A DNA stretch of 40,801 nucleotides from assembly GCF_001194135.2 (NCBI RefSeq), contig NC_068987.1:104413003-104453803 (forward strand), in the 5' to 3' direction. Source of the DNA: Octopus bimaculoides (Eukaryota). The notes below the pieces were generated by a model. The model saw only the letters and a list, made by a program, of their open reading frames with translations. It was not told the origin of the DNA and did not search any database. Every line of letters starts with the position of its first letter. Within the stretch, counting starts at the first letter, position 1. The translations under genes were made by a program, and so were the position numbers. Shown piece by piece: positions 1-11,879 of the stretch.

Positions 1-55
<55 letters not shown>

Positions 56-106
56 AACATATACATACACACACACGCACTCACACACATACAAATTTAT
101 CTATAC

Positions 107-136
<30 letters not shown>
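1..136. repeat. Compound microsatellite (CA)n/(TA)n/(GA)n
   Basis: Direct reading of dinucleotide runs. Confidence 0.95.
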
Positions 137-140
<4 letters not shown>

Positions 141-639
141 ATTTCAATAACATTGCTTTGATGCTAAGGAATATCAAGAAATTCTAGAGCGAACTGCTCA
201 TAGACACTGAATAAAACAGAATAAGATAAAAAAAAAAAAAGATAAAGCAAATAATAAAAACAAAACAAAACAATGAATTATCTTGATTCTGCACGTGGGT
301 ATCACCATTGCGGGCATGTCAGTGACCGCTTCATGTCAACGAACGCTCTATGTCAAAGACGGTGTAGATCATAGTAATTATCTATTTACCCATTGTTTTC
401 CCTTCTCTTCTCCTTCCCACCATGCTCTGCACGCGACAATTCGCCTGTATTGTATGGTGCGGGTGTTATCTTAAATTTAAGAGCAGTCAAAAACTTTTCT
501 TTTTTATAGAACTCCACACATAAATTATCATTCCAAGGTATTGTTTGTCAAAAGCACATCATAACAGAAGATTCATAAGCTTTAGCTGGATAATCTAATG
601 ACTTTATAATAATCCAAAACAATGTAGGTAATTTAACAT

Positions 640-845
640 GCTGGTGTTACTTAGTCCTAGTTATTCCTGTTTGAGCTGACTAATGATTAAAGCGTTCCAG
701 CATGACCATTGGCTTTTAGTCAAATATAATGCAACCACGTACAAGTTGTGTTATAGTTTTTTGTTGTTGTTGTTTTTTTCTAAAGACGGTAGGGTACGAG
801 TATGAGGGAGATTTTGGTTTTTATGTATAGCAGGGAAAGCTACCG
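640..845 (-). mobile_element. Old interspersed repeat, family D (SINE-like 3' portion), minus copy
   Basis: 775-845 (taaagacggtagggtacgagtatgagggagattttgg) is the reverse complement of the motif at 5000-5050 (cagccaaatcgccctcaaatcacaccataccctctttaaa). 670-715 weakly mirrors 5105-5170. Confidence 0.5.
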
Positions 846-1089
846 CCTAAAAGTTCCTTCGCTTTTTTATCTATTAGTCAGGAAAGTAAACAGTGCCCAA
901 GACTCTTTTTTAGGACGTCCAAGACTGGTGGGAGGGAGGGATAAAGGGATGGAAGGGTGGAGGGAAGGATTGCATCCTCAAACCGGAGACGTGCCCTGAA
1001 TGCTTGTAAAAGTAGACTACGCTAAAAGCACCCAAGGTGCCAGATGATGGCATTAAATCGGGCGACAGATTAAATCTACCTCCCAAGTA

Positions 1090-1138
1090 GTCCATGGCGA
1101 GATTTGAACTGCATCCTAACCACTTCGCCACATGCCTG
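1090..1138 (-). mobile_element. tRNA-derived SINE head remnant
   Basis: Reverse strand reads ggcatgtggcgaagtggttagg...agttcaaatctcgcc: A-box and B-box-like motifs with the middle deleted. Confidence 0.35.
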
Positions 1139-1560
1139 TACTTTGAAAGACAGCAAGTTACTTGCCAACTCAAAGCTGACGGTAGATTGTGTAAATACCT
1201 CTGTTGGATTTTCGATTCTTATTAGCATTTTGTTGTACGATCACTCATGCTGAGTTAAACTCAAACTATGAATATCTCCCTTTTTTATATTCTTGTGTTT
1301 CATACTAAATATTTTCGGTCATACCGAAGTTGCTGAGGATTTGATGAGAAGCTGCTATAAGAAATGATAGCAAAGAGGCTCATCATCTCGTTCATAGAAT
1401 ACGAAAAAGCGGCCTTTTCCAAGGTAGTGTTCCTGTCTGAATCTTCTTCCGAGACACAACGTTTCTGGCAATCTTAACGTTATGTTGTTCATACTTGGCA
1501 ACTATTTTGAAGTCCTGAAATAGAGTTGAACCATGACATACTGCTGGAGGTGTCAAATTT

Positions 1561-1648
1561 AAATGCTTAGCGGCATCGCGTGTCTTCACGTTCTGCGTTG
1601 AAATTCCGCCGAAGTCGACTTAGCCTTTATGCTTTCGAGGTCGTTGAG
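1561..1648 (+). mobile_element. SINE family B fragment
   Basis: aaatgcttagcggcatcgcgtgtcttcacgttctgcgttgaaattccgccgaagtcgac matches the B copies at 8534, 11298 and 24032. Confidence 0.75.
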
Positions 1649-1654
1649 CAATAC

Positions 1655-1746
1655 GTATGTATGTATGTATGCATGTATGTGTGTATGTATGTATGTATGT
1701 ATGCATGTATGTATGTATGTATGTATGTGTATACACAGACACACAC

Positions 1747-1827
<81 letters not shown>

Positions 1828-1850
1828 ACAGACACACACGTATGTGTATG
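1655..1850. repeat. Compound microsatellite (TATG)n-(TA)n-(GA)n
   Basis: Direct reading. Confidence 0.95.
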
Positions 1851-1989
1851 TGCATTGCAATATCTACTCAATGAAAAGAGTACCAGCACTGGTCCTGAAA
1901 CTCATCTTGGAAGACATTTGGCAGTTGCATAGCTGTGTCTTCGGGTAGTGGAGAGATAACTTCGTCGAATTCCTAAATCTGGTCTCGAT

Positions 1990-3150
1990 TACACCTCAGA
2001 TCGGCACGAGAGGTACTCGGGGCGAAGACTAGCTTTACAGAGGCTGAAGACAGAATGAAATTTAAAACGCTCAAATGTAGCAAGGTCGCTTGCGAAGATG
2101 AAATTCGTCCAAAACTTCTCCTTAAGTAGTGGAGATATTTTCTAGCTGACCCGTGTAAGCTAAGTGGCCTGGACCTCCGGAAATGCACCATTGCAATGTT
2201 TATTATAATAATCCCAATTATTAAAAAAGGGCGAGAAAGGAAAGTGGTCTAATTACAGAAGAATCTCACTGTTAATCTACACCTGCAAAGTCTGAGCTCA
2301 GTGTCAAGAAGAGAGATGTAATGAGAATGAACTAGATTGTGGTGAAAGTGGTATAAAAACCGCTGGAAGAAGGACCAGGGATCAGCCGGCTAATATGTTT
2401 TGACTTGGTGTTATTTAGCGCTTCAGAAGCTGAATATTTTAGCATACTCTAAATAGGTCTGCTGTCAAGGGTTGTAAGGCAGGGATGAAAACCAGTAATA
2501 CGAAAACTGAGAAATTAATCCTCTCGAGAAAGTTTCCTCAGTGCGCATTGCTCTGTTGGGGATCACTTTGGAGCAGGTAAAGAAGTACCTCCGGGCCGCT
2601 TCCACGAGTGATTGAAGACAGCAGGCTGAATTAGAGGCAATAAAGTGCCAGCTTCAGCGAGATTCCGAAATCAGAAGGAAATCCGAATTAAAGATATTTG
2701 AAAAGTGAAGTGAAAAGGCCAAACTCGTTTCCTCTAATTCGAATTCCGTGCCTACACTTACCTATGACTATTCCTCTTGGGTAGCATCCGAAAGAGTACG
2801 ATTGCGTTTATGCGGGTCACTGGAGTGATGTTACTAGATAGGGCACGTGACTCGCAGATCAAGGAATCAGGTTCAAGTTGACCCACTATTTCTTTGCATT
2901 GTAGAGTGTTAGCTTCGGTGCAATGAACATGTAGTTAGAATGTCTGAGCAAAGAATTGCAGGACAGATTTTATGGCCAAGACCAACCGATGGGAGACATT
3001 GAGGGAAACTACGAACAAGGTGGTTGGACAACATCCATAGCTTCAGTTGGTCTCGCTTGGAGATCGTTTGCTGATGGTTACTCTTGAAGGCGTGTCTAGG
3101 AACTTTGGCCCTCATGACCTTCAAAGGAACAGTGTGTTATGAAGGAAGGA
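1990..3150 (+). mobile_element. Decayed RTE-clade LINE (Expander/Rex3-like) reverse transcriptase and C-terminus
   Basis: Translation across stops and frameshifts gives KTLKCSKVACEDEIRP (KAAGxDEI-like), IIPIIKKG..NYRRISLL, AGMKTSNTKTEKLILSRK, KAKL..SVPTLTY..WV..ER and KLRTRWLDNIHSFSWSRLEI, in RTE ORF order. Confidence 0.75.
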
Positions 3151-3284
3151 TGGAAGGATGGAAAAAGACGAGCTAAAAAGGTATTGAAAATTACCAAGAA
3201 GGACATTTTCTAGAGTAGATTAAAGATAAACACCTGATGTAATGTCTGAAATCGGACGAAAAAATAGATGCGAGAAGAAATGTA

Positions 3285-3520
<236 letters not shown>

Positions 3521-3633
3521 ATAATACAATGTATTTTATATTTCATATGTATGTATCTGTCTGTGTCTGCATATCTGTATGGTTTTATTAAAAAAATATA
3601 AAAGTGATAAAATTATACATACATGCATACATT

Positions 3634-3649
3634 CAGAGAGAGAGGGAGG

Positions 3650-3719
<70 letters not shown>
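3634..3719. repeat. (GA)n microsatellite
   Basis: Direct reading. Confidence 0.95.
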
Positions 3720-3721
<2 letters not shown>

Positions 3722-4087
3722 TCTGAACTGGTTGAATCACGTCATGAAGCAGTTGTGAAGATCAAATTAGAGAAAAATAGAATTAAAGCGATTAAAAAAA
3801 AAAAATGAAATTAAGAAGCTGTTCCCAAAAACAAAAGTAACAAAACAAAATAAAACAAAAGAGAATAAAATAAAAACAGAACAAAATATGATCGAAGAAA
3901 AAGAAAAGCCAAAACAAAGCAAAATGTCAAAAGTTTTGTTTTTGCGACGTGATAAGTTACTTTTACCTGTTAAAGTCAGATACTGTAGAAAACTTAATCG
4001 GAAAATGAGGGATAACAATCAAAATTTAAAATTTTGGGGCTGAGAGTGTGCCCTCTTCAGTCGCTGCCCCTCCCCTCTAATTAGAAG

Positions 4088-4141
4088 CACGTGTCCCCAG
4101 CAAGGTGCTATAAACTGCTTGGAGGACGGCACCATTCATTC
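4088..4141 (+). promoter_or_regulatory. Candidate core promoter: E-box, TATA box and Inr
   Basis: CACGTG at 4088-4093, TATAAA at 4109-4114, TCATTC (TCAKTY Inr) at 4136-4141 with its A 29 nt after the first T of the TATA box. Motif geometry only. Confidence 0.25.
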
Positions 4142-4219
4142 AAGTTGGCAGCGATAAGGCAATAACGTCGTTGTTGTTTACCTGCCACTGAGGCATTGCC
4201 CCGACCAATGTTGGTCTAT

Positions 4220-4277
4220 GCTACTACTACTACTGCTACTGCTGCTGCTGCTGCTACTGCTGCTGCTGCTGCTGCTG
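4220..4277. repeat. (CTA/CTG)n trinucleotide repeat
   Basis: Direct reading; source of the poly-Leu ORF 4218-4430. Confidence 0.9.
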
Positions 4278-4984
4278 TCATTTAGATATTTACTGCGAAA
4301 TAAAGCGGGAAAATATACCGGGATGTTAGCAATAACAACGTGTGCTAAATGTTGTAGCGATTACTGTGGTAGAAATCCTAATAATAGACGTTTACGACGG
4401 CTATTATACTTGTGCCAAGGAAGCTGGTGACACTGGTAACGTTGACGATGCTGGTGTTGTTTGTTATTGGGTAAGGATGAGTAATGGGGGATGGATGCTG
4501 GTGTGTCTCTGATGGTATTAATGGCAGGGCTGATGCTGGAGAGGACGCTAGCTGATGAGGAAGCTGCTAGTGACGGCGAACGAGTGATAATGATAATGGT
4601 GTTGGCGATTGTAGTAGTAGTGAGTGCTGGTAGTGGTGGTGTCGGTGATCAAGGGACTGGTTGATGACAGAGGCGGTACGGATGTTAGGAGTTGACTTGC
4701 ATGATGATGCTGGCAGGCTTGATGCTGAGAATGGCGCTACTACTGCGGAAGGAGTGTGTCTGCTGTTAGGTGAGGGTCGGGGCCACTGAGGGTCGGCACC
4801 CTATCTTAATTAACTAGCTGAAAATACATCACAAAGGAATAAGCTATTGTTTTAAAGGTCATCAGTAGCAATAGTTTGGTGCTGCCATCTACCACGTTCC
4901 CCTTCCAGGCATTTAATACATCTAAATCACTCTAGCAGCGAATTGAATAAGTATTCAACGAGCCAACGCTGGAGCCGGTAAGTG

Positions 4985-5195
4985 GTTGCTCGACCTACGA
5001 GAAATAACAGCCAAATCGCCCTCAAATCACACCATACCCTCTTTAAAAATGGATGATATATTACATAATGTCGTCCTAAATACACTCTTTCGGTCTAAAA
5101 GAGGTCGTGATCATATCTGGAATTTTTGTTTTCTACCATAGGTCAAAGCACGATCTTGTTTGATCTGAAATTAATCAACAAGTATTTCAGGTTAT
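4985..5195 (+). mobile_element. Old interspersed repeat, family D, plus copy
   Basis: gctcgacctacgagaaataacagccaaatcgccctcaaatcacacc...; inverted counterpart at 640-845. Confidence 0.5.
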
Positions 5196-5199
5196 CGTA

Positions 5200-5320
5200 C
5201 AACACGGTTCGAATCTACTGCGCGGCACCTTGCTAAAGTATATTCACACATAACTTCACTCAAACCAAACCATTGTGAGTAAAGTTTGGAAGACGGAATC
5301 TGTATGGAAGTCGATTCTGT
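5200..5320 (+). mobile_element. Diverged SINE family A 5' fragment
   Basis: acacggttcgaatctactgcgcggcaccttg...ttgtgagtaaagtttggaagacggaatctg aligns by eye to 27775-27890. Confidence 0.55.
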
Positions 5321-5920
5321 TTTGAACCGGTTGCGAAAATCCGTCATCCGGTTTAACATCCCACCTAGTTTTTAGCTACCTTTAACCCTCTGCTTATTAC
5401 TAAAACGATTGTATAGTAGTTAAAACACGATTTTGTATCACATAGCCAGAAGAGGAAGGGTGACTCCCATGAATATCTCCGAAACTTGTGAAAAGTATGG
5501 AGGGTGGTACCCTCATACTGGTAACTTGTCTCGAATGATTTCCTATAGAGTGAACTCCACTAAAAGATACCCCTGGACCAGGTGGTGGAGTTAAACTAAG
5601 TGACCTATGCAACCATCTCTGTGTATGTTTATATAAACAGATCGATGTTAAATAAGATATAATTTGCAGACGTTCGTGTCTGCGAGCCTTTTTCGAATCC
5701 TACTGAAAAACAGCAATGAACTTAAAAAGATGAACGTTAAAAAAGCCATTTCTAATTCGTAGAGTTTGAAGACTTGTTCATAGGTGAAAAAAATTAATGC
5801 ATAATTCATAATTCCATGTCTATTGCCGGTTTGGTTATTTAAAATACATTTTTGGTGACAGTTACTTTAGGAAAACATTAAAATATTAAGAATGAATTGA
5901 TTACTAAAATGTTCAACCTT

Positions 5921-5968
5921 GGCGCAGACATGTCAGTATGGTTAAGAAGCTCCCTTCGAGTCCAGTTC

Positions 5969-6018
<50 letters not shown>

Positions 6019-6058
6019 ACCGGCGTTGGTTTGTTTACGTTCCATAAGTGGCGGTTCA
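5921..6058 (+). mobile_element. SINE family A, internally deleted, running into the gap
   Basis: Head ggcgcagacatgtcagtatggttaagaagct, internal (GT)n, then ccggcgttggtttgtttacgttccataagtggcggttc as in other A copies. Confidence 0.6.
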
Positions 6059-6824
6059 NNNNNNNNNNNNNNNNNNNNNNNNNNNNNNNNNNNNNNNNNN
6101 NNNNNNNNNNNNNNNNNNNNNNNNNNNNNNNNNNNNNNNNNNNNNNNNNNNNNNNNNNNNNNNNNNNNNNNNNNNNNNNNNNNNNNNNNNNNNNNNNNNN
6201 NNNNNNNNNNNNNNNNNNNNNNNNNNNNNNNNNNNNNNNNNNNNNNNNNNNNNNNNNNNNNNNNNNNNNNNNNNNNNNNNNNNNNNNNNNNNNNNNNNNN
6301 NNNNNNNNNNNNNNNNNNNNNNNNNNNNNNNNNNNNNNNNNNNNNNNNNNNNNNNNNNNNNNNNNNNNNNNNNNNNNNNNNNNNNNNNNNNNNNNNNNNN
6401 NNNNNNNNNNNNNNNNNNNNNNNNNNNNNNNNNNNNNNNNNNNNNNNNNNNNNNNNNNNNNNNNNNNNNNNNNNNNNNNNNNNNNNNNNNNNNNNNNNNN
6501 NNNNNNNNNNNNNNNNNNNNNNNNNNNNNNNNNNNNNNNNNNNNNNNNNNNNNNNNNNNNNNNNNNNNNNNNNNNNNNNNNNNNNNNNNNNNNNNNNNNN
6601 NNNNNNNNNNNNNNNNNNNNNNNNNNNNNNNNNNNNNNNNNNNNNNNNNNNNNNNNNNNNNNNNNNNNNNNNNNNNNNNNNNNNNNNNNNNNNNNNNNNN
6701 NNNNNNNNNNNNNNNNNNNNNNNNNNNNNNNNNNNNNNNNNNNNNNNNNNNNNNNNNNNNNNNNNNNNNNNNNNNNNNNNNNNNNNNNNNNNNNNNNNNN
6801 NNNNNNNNNNNNNNNNNNNNNNNN
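6059..6824. other. Assembly gap (N run)
   Basis: N characters. Confidence 1.
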
Positions 6825-6893
<69 letters not shown>

Positions 6894-6920
6894 AATGCAT
6901 ATACATATATATACATATAT

Positions 6921-7806
6921 ATGCAATGGGTAAATTGTCACCATTTTATATTTTAATTTCGCGCATGCACATTGTTTCTTATTGATTTTGTCAACTACAC
7001 AGTATAATAGGATCATTTGGGCACCGTCTGTGAGAAAAACAGCACCATGATGCAATTCACTCTGCCAGAAATTTGGAAACGACATGCTGTAAAGCTTGGT
7101 TTTCACGCTGGAAGCTTCAATACGAACGTTTCAGAATGTTTGGGTGTCAATTTGAGGACAGCGCAATCTGAGGACATGCTCCGAGAGTGATAAAAATCAA
7201 ACATCCAGGCAACCTCACGATGTTTGGAGTGATCACTAGTGATGGCGACGTTATGCCTCCATTCATCTTCCCACACGGCCTCACACTGAACTCGGAGACC
7301 TATATCAAGTGCCTGGAGGAAGTAGTGCTGCTCTGGGTCAAGAAAGTGGCTGTTGGAAGACCCTACGTATTGCTACGGGATTCTGCATCAAGCCATGCAA
7401 GCAGTAGATCCAAGTCATGGCTGTCAGATAATTTCTGTGACCACATCACACCTAACACCTGGCCATCTAACTCCCCAGACTGCAACCTCCTTGATTATTA
7501 TGTATGGGGCACAGTTGAGCAAGAGACCAACAAAACTCTTTGTAACACCAACGATGAACTAAAGGCAAAGATTGTGACAGCGTTCACCAAGTTAAACAAA
7601 GAGACCGTTCTGAAGAGTTGCAGGGGATTCCGAAGTCGTTTGGAGGCCCTGGTTGAAGCCAATGGCAATTTTATTGAATAAATTTACTCTTTAGTATTTC
7701 AAGATAATTTTATGTAAGTTTGATAAATATATCTGTTAAAATGAGATGTCAGTGTTATTTTCATTTCTGCGTAATTTCGACGACAGTTTATTCACCGCAC
7801 CTTGTA
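6921..7806 (+). mobile_element. Tc1/mariner maT (DD37D) transposon, internally deleted
   Basis: ORF 7187-7681 has LLRDSASSH...WPSNSPDCNLLDYYVWG with 37 residues between the second and third Asp. The N-terminal piece at 7047-7165 (MMQFTLPEIWKRHAVKLG...ECLGVNLRTAQ) is in another frame. Right end cgacagtttattcaccgcaccttgTA; degenerate left end gcaatgggtaaattgtca. Confidence 0.9.
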
Positions 7807-7874
7807 TATATACGTATACACACACATACACATGCATACACACGCACACACACAGACACGCACGCACGCACATA

Positions 7875-8020
7875 TGTATGAAACCTTTCCAATTTCACTC
7901 ACAGGAAATAGTCGGGCTGGGACTATAGTGGCAGATATCTGCCTGAGGTGCCACATAGTGGAACGGAATGGACTGCTTGCTTGAGAAGGGAATTTCTTAA
8001 ACACATAGCCATGTCTGTAC
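7875..8020 (-). mobile_element. Diverged SINE family A 5' part
   Basis: gactatagtggcagatatctgcctgaggtgccacatagtggaac...cacatagccatgtc resembles the minus-strand A heads at 15960-16071. Confidence 0.55.
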
Positions 8021-8083
<63 letters not shown>

Positions 8084-8287
8084 NNNNNNNNNNNNNNNNN
8101 NNNNNNNNNNNNNNNNNNNNNNNNNNNNNNNNNNNNNNNNNNNNNNNNNNNNNNNNNNNNNNNNNNNNNNNNNNNNNNNNNNNNNNNNNNNNNNNNNNNN
8201 NNNNNNNNNNNNNNNNNNNNNNNNNNNNNNNNNNNNNNNNNNNNNNNNNNNNNNNNNNNNNNNNNNNNNNNNNNNNNNNNNNNNNNN
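8084..8287. other. Assembly gap (N run)
   Basis: N characters, preceded by (CA)n. Confidence 1.
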
Positions 8288-8326
8288 CATACAAAAAAAA
8301 AAAAAATATGCACATGTGTATGTATA

Positions 8327-8403
8327 TAAAGAAGTCCGACTTACACAGAATATAAATTATACCTGATATCCTTTCTATTCTGTGTAAGTCGGACTATTTT
8401 ATA
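8327..8403. repeat. Perfect 20-bp inverted repeat with 23-nt spacer (hairpin or tiny MITE)
   Basis: agtccgacttacacagaata (8333-8352) and tattctgtgtaagtcggact (8376-8395) are exact reverse complements. Confidence 0.9.
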
Positions 8404-8469
8404 TCCATATACATATACATCTTTTCTTTTAAATGTATCTAATATTGTTTGTTCCTTCTTGGCTCATAA

Positions 8470-8533
8470 GGGCTGGTTTCTTGGTTTCATTGGCACATAG
8501 GTTCTCCACCTGGACGGGACGCCGGTCCGTCTC
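8470..8533 (-). mobile_element. SINE tail T2 fragment
   Basis: ggtttcttggtttcattggcacataggttctccacctggacgggacgccggtccgtctcagc matches 17103-17168. Confidence 0.6.
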
Positions 8534-8728
8534 AGCACGTCGGGCGAAATGCTTAGCGGTATTTCGTCTGTCTTTACGTTCTGAGTTCAAATTCCACCGA
8601 AGTCGACTTTGCCTTTCATCCTTTTGGGGTCGATAAATTAAGTACCAGTTGCGTACTGGGGTCGATCTAATCGACTTCTCCGCCTACCCCAAAATTTCGG
8701 GCCTTGTGCCTAGTGTAGAAAAGATTAT
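8534..8728 (+). mobile_element. SINE family B, 5'-truncated
   Basis: gcacgtcgggcgaaatgcttagcggtatttcgtctg...gagttcaaattcc...gccttgtgcctagtgtagaaaagattat. Confidence 0.9.
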
Positions 8729-9483
8729 ATTTACTCCTCTACCAGCTCATGTTCAAATCTCTAGAGCACTTCGAAGTGTATTCTATATAAGAGAACACCT
8801 GTCTTTAACCTATATATATACATATAAATTTAGTATGTAAGAAGTGGTAAAGTTCCGTAATAAACGTATTTACCATTGTAAAACAGCTTGTATTAGATTC
8901 ACATTAAATAAACGCTTATAGTTTATAACCATTCGACTTATTTATTTAACAAGTTTGTCCTAATCTAGGCGTATTTTTACACCTTGAGACTAGAAATTTA
9001 AAATGTTAAGTGTGAACATTTATACGAAAAGAAAGAAAAGAAAGAAATTCGTTCTGTTATTTAATATTAAAAAAGAGATACTTTAGTTAAGTCCTCTGTC
9101 AAGATCGCTTTGCTTTCTGCTACCCCTATCGACGTAACCAATATCAATTGATATTGTTCAATGCTGCCCTTCTGTTTATCTTGAAAAGTCTCGAGAACAA
9201 TGGTTAGTTTTCAGTTTGACACTTCCGTCTTATATGAAGTACCAAAGAAATGATTTAAGAAATTGGTTAGGACGCCTAAGGAGCTCTTATTCAATTATTG
9301 AGCTATCTATTGTCCTTGAAGAGCGCTTACCAAAAAGACGATTAAGGTCAATTTTATTCACAATAATTTCTTCCGTTCATACCAGTTCAGTTATGCCTCA
9401 GGTCGTAATATACGCAGAAGACACAGGTTTCTCCTCCCTCCCCTCTTTCGAGCTCTTTTTCCTTTACACACACATACATACAC

Positions 9484-9514
<31 letters not shown>

Positions 9515-9523
9515 TGTATATAT

Positions 9524-10037
9524 NNNNNNNNNNNNNNNNNNNNNNNNNNNNNNNNNNNNNNNNNNNNNNNNNNNNNNNNNNNNNNNNNNNNNNNNNNNNN
9601 NNNNNNNNNNNNNNNNNNNNNNNNNNNNNNNNNNNNNNNNNNNNNNNNNNNNNNNNNNNNNNNNNNNNNNNNNNNNNNNNNNNNNNNNNNNNNNNNNNNN
9701 NNNNNNNNNNNNNNNNNNNNNNNNNNNNNNNNNNNNNNNNNNNNNNNNNNNNNNNNNNNNNNNNNNNNNNNNNNNNNNNNNNNNNNNNNNNNNNNNNNNN
9801 NNNNNNNNNNNNNNNNNNNNNNNNNNNNNNNNNNNNNNNNNNNNNNNNNNNNNNNNNNNNNNNNNNNNNNNNNNNNNNNNNNNNNNNNNNNNNNNNNNNN
9901 NNNNNNNNNNNNNNNNNNNNNNNNNNNNNNNNNNNNNNNNNNNNNNNNNNNNNNNNNNNNNNNNNNNNNNNNNNNNNNNNNNNNNNNNNNNNNNNNNNNN
10001 NNNNNNNNNNNNNNNNNNNNNNNNNNNNNNNNNNNNN
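9524..10037. other. Assembly gap (N run)
   Basis: N characters between (TA)/(TACA) repeats. Confidence 1.
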
Positions 10038-10594
10038 ATATATATATATATACATGCACACGTGTGCGTGTGTGTCCGTGTGTATGTGTGCAAACATTGC
10101 ATTCCAAAACCGCTTGTCCGTAAACAATTATTGACGGACACACTTGCCTACTAAAACTTGATCACTAAAAACACAAACTCCTATGGATTACTCAAACTAA
10201 TGTGGGTAATACGAAGAGATTTTACCAACATAAGCTGCCAGTTAAGTGCTTTCTTTAAACCGGATGTAGCTCATCATAATATCTCTTAAAAATCTCAACA
10301 TTTCTAAAACCCTGGATTTTATGCAGTTCATTATTTCTACAAATTTTGCTTGGTGTTTCAAACTGGACAATACAGATGTGTATTTTTTACTGGTTGTCTT
10401 GTCTTATTGGGATCTTGATTAACAAGATGCTCTTAATTTTCTACAGGCTAATCATTCTAATTTTGTTGTTTTCTTCTTTAACGCCTTTGGGAGTGCTGCT
10501 TCTCTGATTTCAATTTTCATTAAAGCCAAATACATGTTTTCTTTGTGTTTTAGTTATTTGTTGTGCATTTCTGTGTAACTTATGATTATTATGT

Positions 10595-10842
10595 GAAGGC
10601 GCGTGGCTTAGTGGTTAGGGCATTCTACTTACGATCGTATAGTCGTGATTTCAATTCCCGGCGACGCGTTGTGTCCAGCTAGCAAAATGAGTTGTACCTG
10701 TATTTCAAAGGGCCAGCCTTGTCACACTGTGTCATGCTGAATCTCCCTGGAAACTACGTTAAGGGTACACGTATCTGTGGAGTGCTCAGCCACTTGCACG
10801 TTAATTTCACAAGCAAGCTTTTTTGTTGATTGTATCAGCTGG
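10595..10842 (+). mobile_element. SINE family C, head H1 + tail T1 (core partly deleted)
   Basis: tRNA-like head ggcgcgtggcttagtggttaggg...tcaattcccggcgacgcgttgtg; tail gtacctgtatttcaaagggccagcc...gctcagccacttgcacgttaatttcac shared with 24810-24930. Confidence 0.85.
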
Positions 10843-10858
10843 GAGAGAGAGAGAGAGG

Positions 10859-10905
<47 letters not shown>

Positions 10906-11005
10906 TGAGAGGAAGAAATAGAGAATGATAAAACAACAACATACACACACACACAGACACGCACACACTCACACATACACGCACATACAAGCACATACAC
11001 ACTTA
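10843..11005. repeat. (GA)n and (CA)n microsatellites
   Basis: Direct reading. Confidence 0.9.
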
Positions 11006-11030
11006 CTCAAATCCATGCATCACTGCAGCC

Positions 11031-11270
11031 NNNNNNNNNNNNNNNNNNNNNNNNNNNNNNNNNNNNNNNNNNNNNNNNNNNNNNNNNNNNNNNNNNNNNN
11101 NNNNNNNNNNNNNNNNNNNNNNNNNNNNNNNNNNNNNNNNNNNNNNNNNNNNNNNNNNNNNNNNNNNNNNNNNNNNNNNNNNNNNNNNNNNNNNNNNNNN
11201 NNNNNNNNNNNNNNNNNNNNNNNNNNNNNNNNNNNNNNNNNNNNNNNNNNNNNNNNNNNNNNNNNNNNNN
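11031..11270. other. Assembly gap (N run)
   Basis: N characters. Confidence 1.
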
Positions 11271-11297
11271 TTGTTTTATATTATATGTGGCTCTTAA

Positions 11298-11508
11298 GAC
11301 GGCGAGCTGGCAGAAACGTTAGCACGCCGGGCGAAATACTTAGCGGTATTTCGTCTGCCGTTACGTTCTGAGTTCAAATTCCGCCGAGGTCGACTTTGCC
11401 CTTCATCCTTTCGGGTTGATAAATTAAGTACCAGCTGCGTACTCGGGTCGATCTAATCGACTGGCCCCCTCCCCCAAAATTTCGGGCCTTGTGCCTAAAG
11501 TAGAAAAG
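11298..11508 (+). mobile_element. SINE family B, full length, with degenerate 18-bp TSD
   Basis: Head gacggcgagctggcagaaacgttagcacg, B-box gagttcaaattcc, tail gtagaaaag. Flanks are attatatgtggctcttaa (11280-11297) and attatatatggttcttga (11509-11526), three transitions apart. Confidence 0.92.
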
Positions 11509-11692
11509 ATTATATATGGTTCTTGACCTGAGCGGATAGCATCACTTTGAAGCCATTTCCAAGTTCACAGGGGGCAAAGCAATAGTCAAGGAAGCTGTAT
11601 AGAAGGTGCTGAGTGTTTAGAGCAGTAGGTCTAAACTATTTTCAACCCATGGATCCCTTTGATATCTATTTTACGCGGATGGATCCTCATAG

Positions 11693-11820
11693 CCAGTTGA
11701 GTTCTGAGGTCGATGTAGTCGCCTAATCCACCCTATTTCCATGTAATCGTCTATCTCCCTCCACCAAATTTCAGTCCTCCTGCCTATAGTAGAAAGTGTT
11801 ATTATTACTGTTATTATTTC
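11693..11820 (+). mobile_element. SINE family B 3' fragment
   Basis: ccagttgagttctgaggtcgatgta...ccaaatttcagtcctcctgcctatagtagaaagtgttattatt resembles the B tail. Confidence 0.5.
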
Positions 11821-11879
11821 ATTTGTTGCTGGTGGTGTAACACATATGCCAGCTGTCCATAACTAGTGGACTGAGGTGG

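Noticed and set aside
1345-1500. Short minus-strand frame MNNITLRLPETLCLGRRFRQEHYLGKGRFFVFYERDDEPLCYHFL
   Set aside because: 45 aa, no family recognised, no convincing splice context.
4552-4590. CTGATGAG...GAA hammerhead-like core
   Set aside because: No stem II pairing and GAAC instead of GAAA; lies in low-complexity sequence.
5400-5612. Stop-free frames on both strands (70 aa minus, about 57 aa plus)
   Set aside because: No recognisable motif, weak acceptor context, length within chance expectation.
9139-9156. Perfect 18-bp palindrome caatatcaattgatattg
   Set aside because: AT-rich; one such palindrome in 40 kb is not clearly beyond chance.
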